Assembly: GCA_002633005.1 (NCBI GenBank)
Contig: NMRA01000491.1
Span: forward strand, 68,111 to 117,228
Length of the DNA: 49,118 nucleotides
Origin: Phoronis australis
Taxonomy: Eukaryota > Animalia > Phoronida
Reading direction: 5' to 3'
The position numbers and the translations under genes are program-made. Of the stretch, positions 1-14,400 are shown piece after piece; positions within the stretch are counted from its first letter, which is position 1, and each line of letters starts with the position of its first letter. The notes beneath the pieces were generated by a model, which saw nothing but the letters and a program-made list of their open reading frames with translations, was not told the origin of the DNA and did no database searches.

Positions 1-166
1 AGGATGCTAACACTGCCTGATACAGCGTATAGGATGCTAACACTGCCTCATACAGCGTATAGGATGCTAACACTGCCTCATACAGCGTATAGGATGCTAA
101 CACTGCCTGATACAGCGTATAGGATGCTAACACTGCCTGATACAGCGTATAGGATGCTAACACTGC
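1..166. repeat. 30-bp minisatellite (aggatgctaacactgcct(g/c)atacagcgtat), at least 5.5 copies, truncated by window start
   Basis: Near-perfect tandem copies. Confidence 0.97.
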
Positions 167-879
167 CAGACAAGTAAAGCTTACAAGTTGTTAAGGTAAA
201 AGTGATAAAGCTCGCCAAGTTTGCTCAAATCAGCTGAGTAGCCAATTGATATCTGACAGATATGGATTTAGAATTCAACTTAGTAATTTTTATTAATAAA
301 ATGCTGCTGTTACAATTTATAATCCCATTGCTATGTGTGATATGATATTTTGGATGTTAGTCACAATAAAGTCAGAAATTACCAACAGCTAGCAAACACA
401 GCAACGTGATTGTATTCGTGACTCACAGCATTTGTAACACGTCTACAAAAAACTTTGAGAAGCCTGACAGACACATTACAGAAACCCCCTGGCAGGTGAA
501 CACACAATGAAAAAGTCAAGATGCAAATTGGGAAACAACACCATCAAGTAGGTACCACCCACTAGTGATTGGCAGTTGACAAATGTCATGCAAATGGTCA
601 CCAAGGAGAAGTTGTAAAAGTAAACAATACTACGTTAATTTTACATAGGATGTTGTCTTTACAAAAATTCAATTTTGGTTCAAAAGCAGAACGTTAAATA
701 GAGGGCCCAAGTATTCGTATGACAAGCATACATCCATAATGTGGACCACAAACACAACAAAGATGTAAGGGATGACCATGGGGTACAATATCATACTTTA
801 GGATACGCATTGTTGATGGGCTTCCAAATCTGGGGTGATTTATATGCGGACAAAGTGAAACAAATGTGAATCATGTTCA

Positions 880-1600
880 CACCAAGAGCAAGAATTGTGC
901 TCTGCCAGAATGCTAAAATTGTCAATAGGAGGCAAAACTAGTCGGATCCGTCTAAAATTGGACCGAGACCGTCTTCAAAAACAAACCTGTCACAGGCAAT
1001 CTTCAATAGGACAACACCTGCCAAATTTCAAATTGATTCTTTGAAAAGTTTGGCAAAAAGAAAGGTAGATGCCAAAATGAAAACCATAACACTTGAATAG
1101 CTGCTGGAGGGGGGGGGGTCTATTGTGTCTAATGTCTAAAAGAGGCAGATATAAACAAACAAGAGCTTGATAGATACTGACAGAGGCAAATGCAAAGAAA
1201 AATTGCCAATACGGGGGTCAGCTATAGTCACATTCATTTGCAATGCAATCTACAACAGGAACACATCCGATAAATTTCATGTGTTTTGGCAGAGAGAAGC
1301 AAGGGCCAAAAATCGGATACCAAAATAATTATTGCCACTAAGGGCAACCACCAGACAGACTTGTTCAAAAATGAGTAGGTGCCATTTTCTCCATCACACT
1401 AACATATAAGATTTTATGAAAAATTAATCAAAGAATTCGAGGATATAGAGGCAGGAATAAAATACTAAATTCCACTTTAGTAGACGGATGAGTCCACAAA
1501 TAAATGCCTGCTATTTGATCTTTCCGTCATTGAAACACGTCTTCAAAATTTCACAAAAGTCCATCAAAGAGTTTGAGGGAAAGATAGGCAAACACTAGAC
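880..1600 (+). repeat. Degenerate copy of the same satellite-like family
   Basis: Recurrent ccaaatttca...aaagagtttg segments and attgccactaagggcaac near 1331 resemble the 42750-44420 subunits. Confidence 0.4.
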
Positions 1601-2375
1601 ACTTTGAAAAAGATGACACAATATATGGGCAATAGATGGAGGGGCTGCTCACTTGCCATTGAGTGGGGACACCTATTTAATATACGGCTATCCCAGCTCA
1701 AAATCAGGCAACATACCAAGTGTCCACCTGTTGAATCCAAAATTGAAATTCTTGCATTTTTATATGATATTTAGAATTAATCATTTTAAAATCAGACATT
1801 ACAATGCTTTTATCAAATTACTTGAAATATGGGTCGAGACTTCCACCAGAAAAAATTCACGACACGGCAACAAAAATAAATTTCTAGTGAATCTAGATGG
1901 TTCATTCTCCTATAAGTTCCACAAAGAAGTCAGTGACTGCCAATGTACATACAAGAATGCTATGAGTAGTAATGAAACAGAATGCAAACATACCAGCCTC
2001 AAATAAATTGTGCCGTGAAACTGCAAATTAAGGCCATATGCTACAAACACTTAAAGCAGACTCAGGCATGTACACTTAAGTTAAAGCATGGAATGATAAA
2101 AGACAGAACAATCCAACAAAAAAAAAATCGCAGCATGGTGCAACGATTCTGAGAACAGATTAAAACCAAAATTAAGTAAGGCCAAACAAAAATCCATTAA
2201 AACGACTCAGATCAAGGCACAAGAAGGTTGATACAGAGTAACGTTAAACAGAACATTCTTATACTTTGACCTAACCACAAAACATAGCAGGAATACATTT
2301 ATTTAACAAACTGCGATGATTGTAAAACTTAAACACAATAACCAATTCCAGAGCCCCTTTGCTTTGTTTACTAAC

Positions 2376-2496
2376 CAATATCAGACAGTGTCTTAATGCA
2401 GGTCTCTACATAATACTTCTGTTGGCCTGTCAGCCACTGACAGTGTGAGACACGGAACGCCCCCTGGAGGAGACGGATGAACACAGGCTGGCGTGT
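2376..2496 (-). CDS. ITPR: ITPR exon ([22 protein letters not shown]...[11 protein letters not shown])
   Basis: ttgcag/gttagt boundaries, 121 nt, phase 0/1; the next exon is not found in the window. Confidence 0.95.
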
Positions 2497-5400
2497 CTGC
2501 AAAACAATTCAAATAGAACTCGGAACATTCTGATATTGCTGGAATCATTAAAAGATGTATCGCAAGCTAACAACCCCCATTTGAACATCAAATACGACTA
2601 TCATGTTGGGACATGCATGTGTTCACTTAGAGAGAGTTTGTTCTCAGATTTGTGTTTGTCATAGAAAATAACTCAAGCTATAATACAATGCCAGTTTTCC
2701 ACAACTGAACTGTGTAGTGGAGTTCGTATTAAGTGGAATTTTGTCTTCAACCATCTCAACCTTGTTTCATGACTTTGAAGTACTGTTAGGTTACAGCCTG
2801 CTCTCTGAAAGCACGTTTAATACAACTTTGTCAAAAAATACCAACTTTAGTTTGCCGATTTGAAACTGAATGTTATATCCATACCCTTACGTTGAGTGAT
2901 ACATAAGGGGTATTTCTAAAATATATCATGCAGTTGAGTATTAACAAGTAAGACTTGGAGAGATTGCTCATCTACAGAAAGTAGTTGACATGAGCTCAGT
3001 ACCTGGACGGCGGTGCTCTGGTCTGAGAACTTTGAACTGAAGAACATGGTGACAATCTGCATGACAGTGGATGTGACGTAGTTCTCCAGGACAGTGTCCG
3101 CGTGCTGGCGGTCAGTGTTCACCTGGCACACCTGTAATTAAGAGGATGACAACACGATGAACACTTCATACACATGCACATCCACACACAGCTGGGTAGT
3201 CACCTGTAGCCAGATCACAGGAACAGCGGTGTGTTATACAGTTCTGGACCTCAATAAATTGTAGCACCTGGTAACACGTGGCAAGTACCATGGGGTGGTA
3301 AGTAAGCACCAACAGGTGGCAAGTAACGTGGAGTGATAAGTATGTAACAAAAGGTGGAATATACCATTGGATGATAAGTATGCACCAACAGGAGGCAAGC
3401 ACCATGGGGTGGTAAGTATCCATCAACGGGTGGCAAGTACCACGGGGTGGTAAGTATTTACCAACAGGTGGTAAGTGACATGGAGTAGTAAGCATGTACC
3501 AGCAGGTGGTATGTACCATTGCATGATTATGTACCATCAGAAGGAATGAATCATTAGGTGCACAATTCAATTTTATACATCACTAGGTAGTGTGCACCAT
3601 TTGCAAACTTTAAATTATTTGGGGTACAAATCCAACTGTTAAGAATCTGATAATAATTTTTAAGGCACTAGTAATGTCATACAGTGGCAGTAACCAAGCA
3701 TGTGCAACACACAGTTACACAATGACTCATCCCAGCCATGTCCAACAGGAAGTTGTCAAACATGGACCACATGTGGTTATAAGGTGACTCACCGTAGCCA
3801 TGTCCACATTGAAGTTGTCAAATGTACGCCACATGTGGTTACAAGGTGACTCACCGTAGCCATGTCCACATTGAAGTCGTCAAATGTACGCCACATGTGG
3901 TTACAAGGTGACTCACCGTAGCCATGTCTACATTGAAGTTGTCAAATGTACACCACATGTGGTTACAAAGTGACTCACCGTAGCTATGTCCACACTGAAG
4001 TTGTCAAATGTACGCCACATGTGGTTACAAAGTGACTCACCGTAGCCATGTCCACCAGGAAGTTGTCAAACATGTGCCACATGTGGTTGCTGGTGTAGAT
4101 CTCCTTCATCTCTACTTCAGTGTCCACATAACAGTGATTCAGAAAATTTACGTACGCATCCTTCACCTGCACAAATCAGTCACATCTCTAGTTAAGACGC
4201 ACCAGCTGACCAGTTAATGATGCTAGATATTACTTCAAAACAGTATCACATTTAACTCAATCTTTGAAAGTTTATCAAATCCTAGAATTTATCTGTAAAT
4301 ACTTTCAGTCTGATATAGCATTTGAAATTATAGTGACTTTTTAAATTGATTTGATGTTGATTTCGTTGTTGTATAAAAGTCCTCCGGCCCATTGAACAAC
4401 GACATTAGTCATAAAAGAGTTTATCTCAGGCAGCGTTTAGTAAATTGCATCACTGATGCCAAAAACTTAGTTTTCAATCAGTAATGAAGATGACAACTGA
4501 CCTCGGCTATACAGTCCGCATGGGTGGCGACCCTCACAATATCATCCAAAGGCAGCAGTGAATGGCACTTGATCTCCGTGTAGACGTTCTTTCCCTCAGT
4601 GCAACAGGAGAGGAGCCTCACTAGGTTGATGTGATACTTGAGGGGACTGCTGGCGTCCTGTCGGTGTTCCTCTGACCTCATCAGCTCTATCAGCATTTGG
4701 AAGGAGGAGCGATCGTTGTAGAACAATAGGACGTCTTCACCAACGTTGACCAGCTGTAATGAACGAGGAGGTCAAGGGTTAAACAGTTCACACCCAGAGT
4801 AATCAGACAAAAGGACCAAGAATTTCCTGTCAATGAAGGCCCATTTGTAGATTGAACTAGTTATTATACGAATCAGTATAAAAACAGCTACTGTGGGATA
4901 GTCAGTTTTGAAATTTTTTTTGACAAAGTAAAAATACATGTAGAAAACAATATGATAAAGGTAATTTATTTGATAACAGTTAAATCTGCAAGCCCCACAC
5001 TAAAACTAAGGTTGTGGGGCTCGCAGTATGCCCACATAAGGTTGTCTACAATAACAAAATGCAGATTATCAAAGTCAAGTAAAACTTAGAAAGCGAATAA
5101 AAACAACGGAACAGAAAGGGTCACTCAATCACTAAGGGCAATAACAGTCAGAGACAATGGCTGAATGAATCGGCGTACACACAAGAATTTACCTCAGCCA
5201 TGACCATATCCTGAGTCTTGCGGATATACTGTCCCTCAGACTTAACGATAGTCTGCAGGAACTGTAGATACTGTACATGACGACCATGCGTCTCGATACA
5301 GTGAACATAATGTTGGACAACACGCTCCGTAACTTCTTCACACAGGCTCACATTGTCTTTGAAGATGGCACGTGCCGTCTGAGCTTCTAGCAGCTATAAC

Positions 5401-8400
5401 ATGTAAAAACAAAACTTCATTATCAGCAAATGACAAATGGTAAAAGTAGACCTAAATGCTGCTCTGACCTAATTACAAAAATACTAAATGTAATTACAAG
5501 GCTAACAGTTTTGAAAAAAGAAATATACCTAAAGTTTGAAGCAAATATCAAGTGACATCGAAATCTATGAAGTTTGCGAAATCGGCCAACATCATTACTG
5601 CTTCAAGTAAGTTACGCATACAAGGAGTGATAGCCAACCTTGAACAATATCACAGGAGACAATACTACAGGTAATTAAATAAGTTCAGGATGAAATTGCC
5701 AAAACACAGATTATAGTACTTTAACTACGGTAAAATCTCACTAAATTAGGACACAAAATGGCGGACAAGTTATTTCACACTTTTTAACGAACCCAGATCA
5801 ATGCTTGTCATTTTCAAGTTTTATACCAAAGCAAATAACAGACAATATTTTGAAAAATTTTGGGAATTCACACCAAAATTACAAGTCCAGGCCATTGCAG
5901 CAATATTATTTTAGTCCAGAATTTATGAAATTTTACCATTAAACAGTCCAATCAGTAAACTACTATTACCGAATTACTCAAAACAGTTACCGTAGTGACC
6001 TAAATCTCACAAGTTTATGACTGGAACAGGGAGATCACCAGTTCGGCATTGGCAACACCGACATGGACATTCATTGCAACCACAGATTTTGACATCTCTG
6101 CGGTCAGCTCATTTCAATCTGGATGAGTTCAGTGACATTTAAGATCAACTCACTACTTTCGTCAAAATTCAACAATTAGCACGCAAATGAAGCTGTGAAA
6201 AGTTAAAATAATTGATTATAAAAAATATTCACTGACAGTATTTAAAAAGTGACCAATTTTAGTTAAAGCCCTAATTCACATGTCTTGATCAATTTGCAAT
6301 GTCAAGCACGCTATTTATTTTTTTAAACAAAATTACTTTCAGCCATAAAACGGACTTGGGTGATTAATCCTTACATGAATCAGAAGTGATTTTCAGGGCT
6401 TGGTTAGAATTGACACCTTGGTAAACGCTTATGGTAGCATTCACTAGCATTCCCTTTTATACAGATAGCAAAAAGATGGTTGTAAAGGATATCAACAAAT
6501 ATTATAGAACTCCAAGAGGTCTAATGTCAATAATTTCAATTCAGACTAACAAAAAATGGCAATAGCATTGAATGTGCCACCATCCCTCAGTGGAAACTAG
6601 TAGACAACAAAACCAGCTGGTTCCAGGTTTTAAACACTGAGGAGAAACAGAGCTCCAGTTTTTACGTTGACTACAGCTGGAAGGTTTACATCTACCGCGA
6701 GGACACCTATTGGAGTCTGCTTCAACTAGTGTTGCACTGGTCTGTTAATTGAGCAAGAAGTAATAAGCCAAGTGTTAGAACAAGCAACAAACATTATTAA
6801 CAAAAACAAATTGCAAGCAAAAATAAACCCAGCACAGGAATAAAACTAACCTCTGAAGGAAAGTTGACGCTTGAAACAAAGCCTAGTATTCAGCCTGATA
6901 GCAGAAGTGAATTATAATGAATGTTATTCAAATCCTATTAGCATATTAAATGATTACCAATCAAACCAATTAAAATTCAAATGTAATTAACAATGCAGCA
7001 AAACAAAGCTCACCATTCAGTACGGTTACTATGTTGACACCCCTATCTTGAAAATTGGCGTAAAGAGACATAACAACCGAAGGTAACCTAGCAAGTATTC
7101 ATGCCATGTCTGATCTTAAGACCTCACCAGACGAAAAATAGATGCCCTTTAGGAGACGCTGACAATCACAAATCCACGGGAAGTGAAGTCCAACAAGATT
7201 TTTCCGAGAAATAAATTGACTGTCCAAATGCACCAAATTTGTTGCAAACTATCAACGTAGCAAAAATATAGATTTTCAAATTATTCCATGCCATATATTC
7301 AAGCAAATAATGGAAACTTGCATATAATACACAAGTCTGAAGCTGGTGCTAAATAAATGATAATATAATATCGAATTACAGTCAATTAGAAATAAAATAC
7401 CACAACCACACATTCCCGAACAGAAACCATCAGATAGCATAGGGTGCATCATTGGTTGCAAGTAACCCTCTCTCCCTGTACAGTACACTTATTAATAAAG
7501 TTACCACCCTTTTGCAACACAGCAACATCAGTTAATCAACCCAAGGCAATAAGTTGCCTTACAATTCATCAAAGAGCTGTACCAGGTTATAGATTACCCT
7601 GAGGCTCGTTACTGTATCAAGGATCAAATTTCTTTAACAACTTGTTGAGTATTGATAGCATATTCATAAAACTTTAGACAGAATGCTTGATGATAACGGA
7701 ACCTTATTAAAAGCACAAAAGCAGCGCTAAAATGTTCGTAATACCATTTCTTTATCAAAAATCTGTGACACAGGGATCACCAAATTTTCCACAATCAAGA
7801 TTTTTCTCACACAAAACTTGCCACACTGCCAATTCTGTTCCATTAGCTACAAAACGTGTCCTGGACTTTCTAACTAGAGAGCTTGGCTTCCGTTTTTTAA
7901 AGGAATGTTGACAGCAAAAAATCATGTTTTTGGAAATTAGGGCAAACTCTGTGAAAATTATTTTTATAAGTTTTTACAAATTAAAATGCATTTAGAAGAT
8001 TACGAAGACATGACATTACTTTCGAACACATAATAAAGACTGTGATCATCAAGAATTTAAAAAATAGAGTTTTATTGGTTAACAATGAACATCGTACTTA
8101 TTTAGTTATTAAACCAACTTAATCTCTGACGACGAACGTATCCAATTACATTTAAGGAGCCCCCTTCCAGCACAGGTAACCCCCCATCCGTACACCTAGC
8201 CCCCCCTCCAGCACAGGTAACCCCCCATCCATACACCTGTACACTATGTTGCCTTCACTCCATCACTAGTATCAGTTGCTGCGACAAGCATTAGAAGACA
8301 GACAGGAAGCACTGCCAATCATACATATACAAGAAAGTCATATTCACAGGTGTGGCATAGGTACTGTGGCTTGCTTTGTTAATCATGTGACATCTCACCA

Positions 8401-11400
8401 GTTTCAGACAAAATCAATCAATAGCTAAATTGCTTTTTATCATTTTTGAGGACTTCTTGCATAGCCAGGAACTCTTCCTGTCGATATTGCCTAAAGCTAC
8501 AGGGAGTGGGCATAGTAAGACATTAATTAGGTGCTACTTGACTAAGGTTATGCAAGACTCCAGAAAAATGTCCAAATTTGACCAACTTGGGAACAATATA
8601 CGTCAAATATATCAGAAATGGCTTATTGCATTCATAATGAAACTTTCGGATTAACATGCTTTTGCACTATTCTCCACAAGGCTGGTAAAAATTGATTTCA
8701 AACTGTTTGACTTTTGAATGAGGGGCTACGAAAAATAGGACATCAAATAAGTCAAATGTTGCTAAAGTAAAAACAAAAACATGATAATTTGACTGACTTT
8801 TGGAACATCATATCTGAAAAATGGCTGATTAGATTTAAAATGTAACAATTTATTTTTACATGAGTGGCTATCGAAAATAGGGCATAAATGATTTTTCATA
8901 AATTTGTATAAAACGAAAACAAAGTAATTTAGAAAATTGTAAAAGCGTTTTTGAGTTTTCATTTTGAGCACTTAAATCACACAAAATTTGGTCATGTTAA
9001 TAAAATATGGTAACAGCCTTTGAATGTACATTATTCTACTTTTTTCTTAATTTTACTAATAAAGGACATGTTTACAACAATCCGATATGGCAGACTGGAA
9101 AAGTAAAAATAAAGTCCTAGAGCTTTCAACCTTCACAAAATTACAGTTTTAACGAATTAAAGTTGTAGTTATGTAGATTAATAGACAGATTAGCCAATAA
9201 AGTCCTACACAACCTTAAAATAGAAAACAACAAAAGTTCACTTGTCATTTATTGTGTCCGAAACTGGCCAGATTTCACCGTGGTTCGCACACTTAACAAA
9301 TTACCTTCACACACACCCACATATAGATCACACTTCACACCTGGACAAACAGTGACGCAAAGACTATAAGTGCAGGTCACAGCTAGTTGTCCCAACAAAT
9401 CTCCTTATCAGCGAGACAAGTTTTTAATTGATTAACACTACACCTGCTCCACAAAGTCCACCTTCGACAATAGTCAGATATAACGTGCCCAAATTTTGAG
9501 AACCAGTTTGATGCCCATTATTTAAGTGCAGAAAACTGGCTCTCAAAGTGCGGGCAAGTTATGTCTGACAATTACCTACAGTCAGTAATTGTAATTAAAA
9601 CACATGATTGAAATAACTGAGTTCAGCAAATAAGAGGACACATGGGAACAAATTGCACAACCTGCACCAGCAAATAAGAGGACACATGGGAACAAATTGC
9701 GCAACCTGCACCAAGGAGAACATGCTGTCGAACAAGAAGGAAGAGCAGAGCTGGGAGACCACCTTTTCTTCAAGCCAACCAATGAGGGACAACCCAGGTC
9801 TATATTAAACAATAATAACTCCACATGTCAAATCCTATTGGCTAATAAAAGTAGTTGCATCTCCACATGGAGGTTACTTACACCCAGGAAAGTGTCCGCC
9901 TACGAGAGAGGAAAACAGGTATACCAATTGGTTAATATCATCCCAGACCACCACAATGGGTTACTTAAAGTATGATTCATTGTGTTACGCAATACGCGAT
10001 ACGATCATTTGCAGACATCAGACATCAAATTAATGCATTTACAGTAAAACTCGAGTAAGTCGGATCCAACCAGACCAGGAGATTTCTCCTAAGTACGTCA
10101 AAACCTGATTTATCAGATGGGCCGAGCACACAAATTAGAACAACTGTACTACGAAGCTTTGTCCGAGTTAAGGGAGTTTTACTGTTACATGATAACAATT
10201 TCTGAAAGTATAACGCAAAGTAGACTTTCAATGAAACTACTATGTAATGCTCTTGACTGTTTTAATTTTGCAAGTTTAAACTGTCATTTAACCAAATGAA
10301 GCTCTGTCAACATAAAATTAAATGTTTCCATTTATAATTTAAAAATGACCTGAGAATTACATACAGAACTTCCCAAACAATTTTAAAACTTTTGGTGGTG
10401 CACCAACAAAATGGCCGCCACAGTGGAATGACTACTAGGAACTTAACATATCAAAGGAATGTCATTAATGAAATGTTCCTGGTGATGACCCACCATTGAT
10501 GGGTCTGTCTGTGTTTTTAATTGGTGAAAATAAAGAAAAGAGCACCTTTAAGTTGTGCATTAGACAATATGGAACTTACATGCCTTACCCACTGCACTTC
10601 AAGATGGGTATAAAGGGAAAAACCAGCATGCATGATACAACAAAACAACGTTTGAACAACGTGCAAACACCAACACAAACCGGACTAGGCAAGAACATTG
10701 GAACACTTAGAGAGCTTGAATACAACATGTGCTACTCACTCCAGGGGTCATGAAGAGGTCGAGACTGTTGTGTAGCAACGCTTGGTTGGACTGGTTACCT
10801 AGACAGAACATCTGGAGGAACTCGTGGGCGTACCTCATCACTTCGTGCATGCGCGTGTCAGAGTTCTGCAATAACAAACCGAGCGTCAACTGAACCGTTG
10901 TGAAGTTCAGTTGAGCTGACACAATGGACCTTTCTGAAACTTTTCTAAAACGCTTGTTGTAACCAATATGTAGAGTTCAACCTAGGCTATACCAAAATTC
11001 ACATGTAATTTGTCTGAATATGACCCTTTTCATCATCGACAATGGTCAAAATCAGAAACTTTTTGACACCAGGCACTTTAATCATTCACTGTTATTAATA
11101 CGCATATTGCAGCTTGAAATGTAGTATCAAAGCAACCACTACAAAGATTTAAGTGCAATATCAACTGTACATAGAACCCCCACACAGGCAGGCAACGCAC
11201 TGTACCTTCTCGTAGGGGATAGAGAGTAACTCCAGAACGACCGAGTGTGCTCCCATGTTCCTCAGGAGTCGCTGTTCATGTTTCTTAGGCTTGACCTCGG
11301 CCATGGCCTTGATGACACATAGACGGGTCAGTCGGTTTAGTATCTACAAACGACAATGCATGAAGGAGGTCACATGAAGGAGTCTCAACTGATGACAAAG

Positions 11401-14400
11401 TACACATTCAATGAAAGATTACGAGGAAGAGCTCTATTTTGCCCGTTTAGCAGCCTAGGCCTTTTACTCGGACTCCTCAAATCAGTCTCATAATATTCCA
11501 AACCAGGATTCTATGTCCATCATAAGCAAGTCACAGGCAATGCGTACAAGCCCAATTTTAAAATTTTAGGGTGGGTGAACCCTGATAAACTACAAGTACC
11601 ATTTTCGAATTTGCAATACTGTTGGCCAGCCACGTCAGTAAACAAAATGCACCACTTTTCGAGTCTGCAATCTTAAGAGTTGGCGAATCTCAATTAACTC
11701 TGAAGCATTTTGTTGACCGTGGATGGTCTTGATGTTCTTGTTGATAACAAAATACTGTATTTGCCCTAATAAGCGCCCCCACACGTGTTTTCAGACTGCT
11801 AAAATAAGCGCCTAGTCCATGAACGGCGTGTACATGCGAAAAATGCCTTACCTACACTTCTAAAATTCTACAGTAACGTCTTCAATTTATCAATAAGATC
11901 CGACAGTCCTGAAAAATCATTGTGCGCGGAATTTGTAGAGCACAAGCCTTGCCGCTATGTCGGATTTAGCTGTGGCTATACACTTCAAACTTCTGCCGCG
12001 CTTCAAAAAGAACGCAAAAGTTTTGCTGATCTTGCGAGGGACCTGGCCTTTCAGAACAGATGCAGCGTACTTGTTAAAGGGATTGTATTGTATTGTATCT
12101 TTCCTGTACAGATCCTCTCCCTCGACAGGAATCCAAATTTCTTTGTACACGCGAAAACTGCAAATCGAAGACTAACAAAAACTTGACCTTTGTTAAAAGC
12201 ACGTGGCTAGGAAGAGCGCGCTACATTCAAGTACCTGTCATTGACGATTAGTCTTCAGGAACTATTTATTCACGAAACGGGTAGCATAGCATTGGCAAGA
12301 AATAAATACTGACACTAATTTCTGAAATTTCTAATACCATAAAAAACATTTGCGTTATTTTTAGGAGGAATTATTAAATTAGTCGTAATTGGTGTTATTA
12401 AAGTAAAAATGACCCACTGAGAGTGAACACGTCCGCACCCTTACAACCCAAATCTCCCGAAAAATAACTGTTAGACTGTCACGCATCCAGTCACCCGGCG
12501 ACTCAATGACATCGGCCTTACCGAAACAATTCTCGAACGTTTTTTTAGCAGATAGATCAACAAGTACTAAATAAAACACATTCTGCTTTACTGCATGAGT
12601 TAAAGGAGATTGCCACCCGATTTAATTTAGTCTTCTTTACCGTCTGCATCCACATTGCCTTTTATACGGTCAACCTCACCTTGCCGAGAGGTGTCGCAGT
12701 AACCTGTGAGGAAGGTGAGAAACAACGCTGCGACGTCAGTGGTTTGTCTGCAGAGTGAATGCCGCTATATTGCAGTGCATCGTTCCCGCTTGTCCGAAGA
12801 AAGAGGGTATATCATTTTTTCGACTTCCTTGAGAGCCCAAAATGCTTAGGAAGTTGCTCGCGGTAGTTAAGAATGAAAGGTACGGTACGCTGTTAATAGC
12901 AAGTATGAGGCCGTGAAACATCTCCGTGTCTGTGGCCTGCATTTAATTGACAGTGATTTCTCTGAAGAATTCCGGCTTACCAAAGAACTATCCATACTTT
13001 ACGTTGCCTGTGCAAGTTTACGGCGCCTCTCTAGTATTTCTTGATCAGTGTATTCCGGTTCAAACTGATAGATTGTGAAACCTAACGATCCGACCCGTGA
13101 AAACTTCGTTGGATGAGCTCTTGACTAAGTTGGGATTAGCGCCCGGCGAGTTGACATGTAGACGTTTATTATTCTGCGTTCTGTTTCAAAATGAATTATT
13201 CTCATCATAACCAATGCTTCTACAAAACTGAAACAAAGTCTGTCTCATTAGATACCATTTGTAATGCCTTGCAGTATTTGTGAGTGCAAATGTGGAGAAG
13301 CCAGTAATGAATAAACCACTGCGTTACCAGTTTTTGATGCTGGCAATAAAGGTGATTGACTGGGCACCGAGGCTGTGTGAGCGCATGCTAATTCAGTGTT
13401 TCCTGACAGAAAGCTGCAGTTGTGCAACAATTACACGATTTTACATGCTATGGTCACATGTTAGGGGAATCTTTATTTAGAAATACAAATACATTATTCA
13501 AATCATTGTTACTGTACAACCTTTGCCCTGACAGTCTGTGGAATTGGAACCTGACTTCGCGGCCCACGACAAGTAAGTAGATTTTCAGTTTCGGGCTAAT
13601 TCACATAAATAATTACATGCACATTATTTCTTTGGCTCACTGTTATGGTCTTTTCGTGACTGGAGGTTTAGTTCCCAACACACACTGGTTTACGTTCGTG
13701 CCAGTCCCAGCAGCCGCGACGGGCCTGATCGGATTCCAAGCCACTGGCCAGGATAACGAGTCAGTCCGGCCGCAACTGGCCTGATTGGGATCCGAGCCAT
13801 CACAAGCGTTTTGTGAGTTTAGAACTCAAAAAATCACAAGTCAACAACACAGGTCTAAGTTCTCCTGTCTGTAATTCACAGAAGAATACTTTGAATTTAT
13901 CTCCGAACAAACCCCAAACTCCTGCTACGGACCTTGGTAAATTGGCCTGCCGAACTTTGTAGGCTACGATGTGTCCAAATACCAAAGTCCTGTCCATGCA
14001 TAAAAAATCTACTGGTTTTTACATACTAGACTGCCTCTTAACAGTATTTGTTCTGATACAAAATCTGTTAAATTTCAAAGTGAGCCTTTCCTACTAATTT
14101 TGCAGGGTTGTACAGCTAAGCACTTGTGTGACATTCTCCTGGGTTTAATCCAATATACAAATTCTGACTTTTTATAACATAAAATTAATGTCAGGTGACA
14201 ATATTGATTTGCCTGATGGATACACGCAGCCTTGTTTTATATGCCAAGCAGCCCCACACAAGCAATGCCACCAAAACTACTAAGATTTAATGATAAATTT
14301 CATTACCAATTCTACATAATGCACAAACCATGCCGTAGTTATCATTTGATCAAAACAGCAATCCTAGAAAGAAAAATGCAAATCATAAATAGTTACCAGA

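Noticed and set aside
1653-2006. 117-aa plus-strand ORF
   Set aside because: Non-ATG start, no recognisable motif, intronic AT-rich sequence.
2891-2915. Microexon-like segment with tttag and gtaagg boundaries on the minus strand
   Set aside because: 25 nt would frameshift a phase-0 intron; the flanking exons already join as conserved ...AVQ/TRQPVF.
3166-3570. Repetitive ORFs here and at 18721-19389 and 23727-24065
   Set aside because: By-products of stop-poor minisatellites, without splice or homology support.
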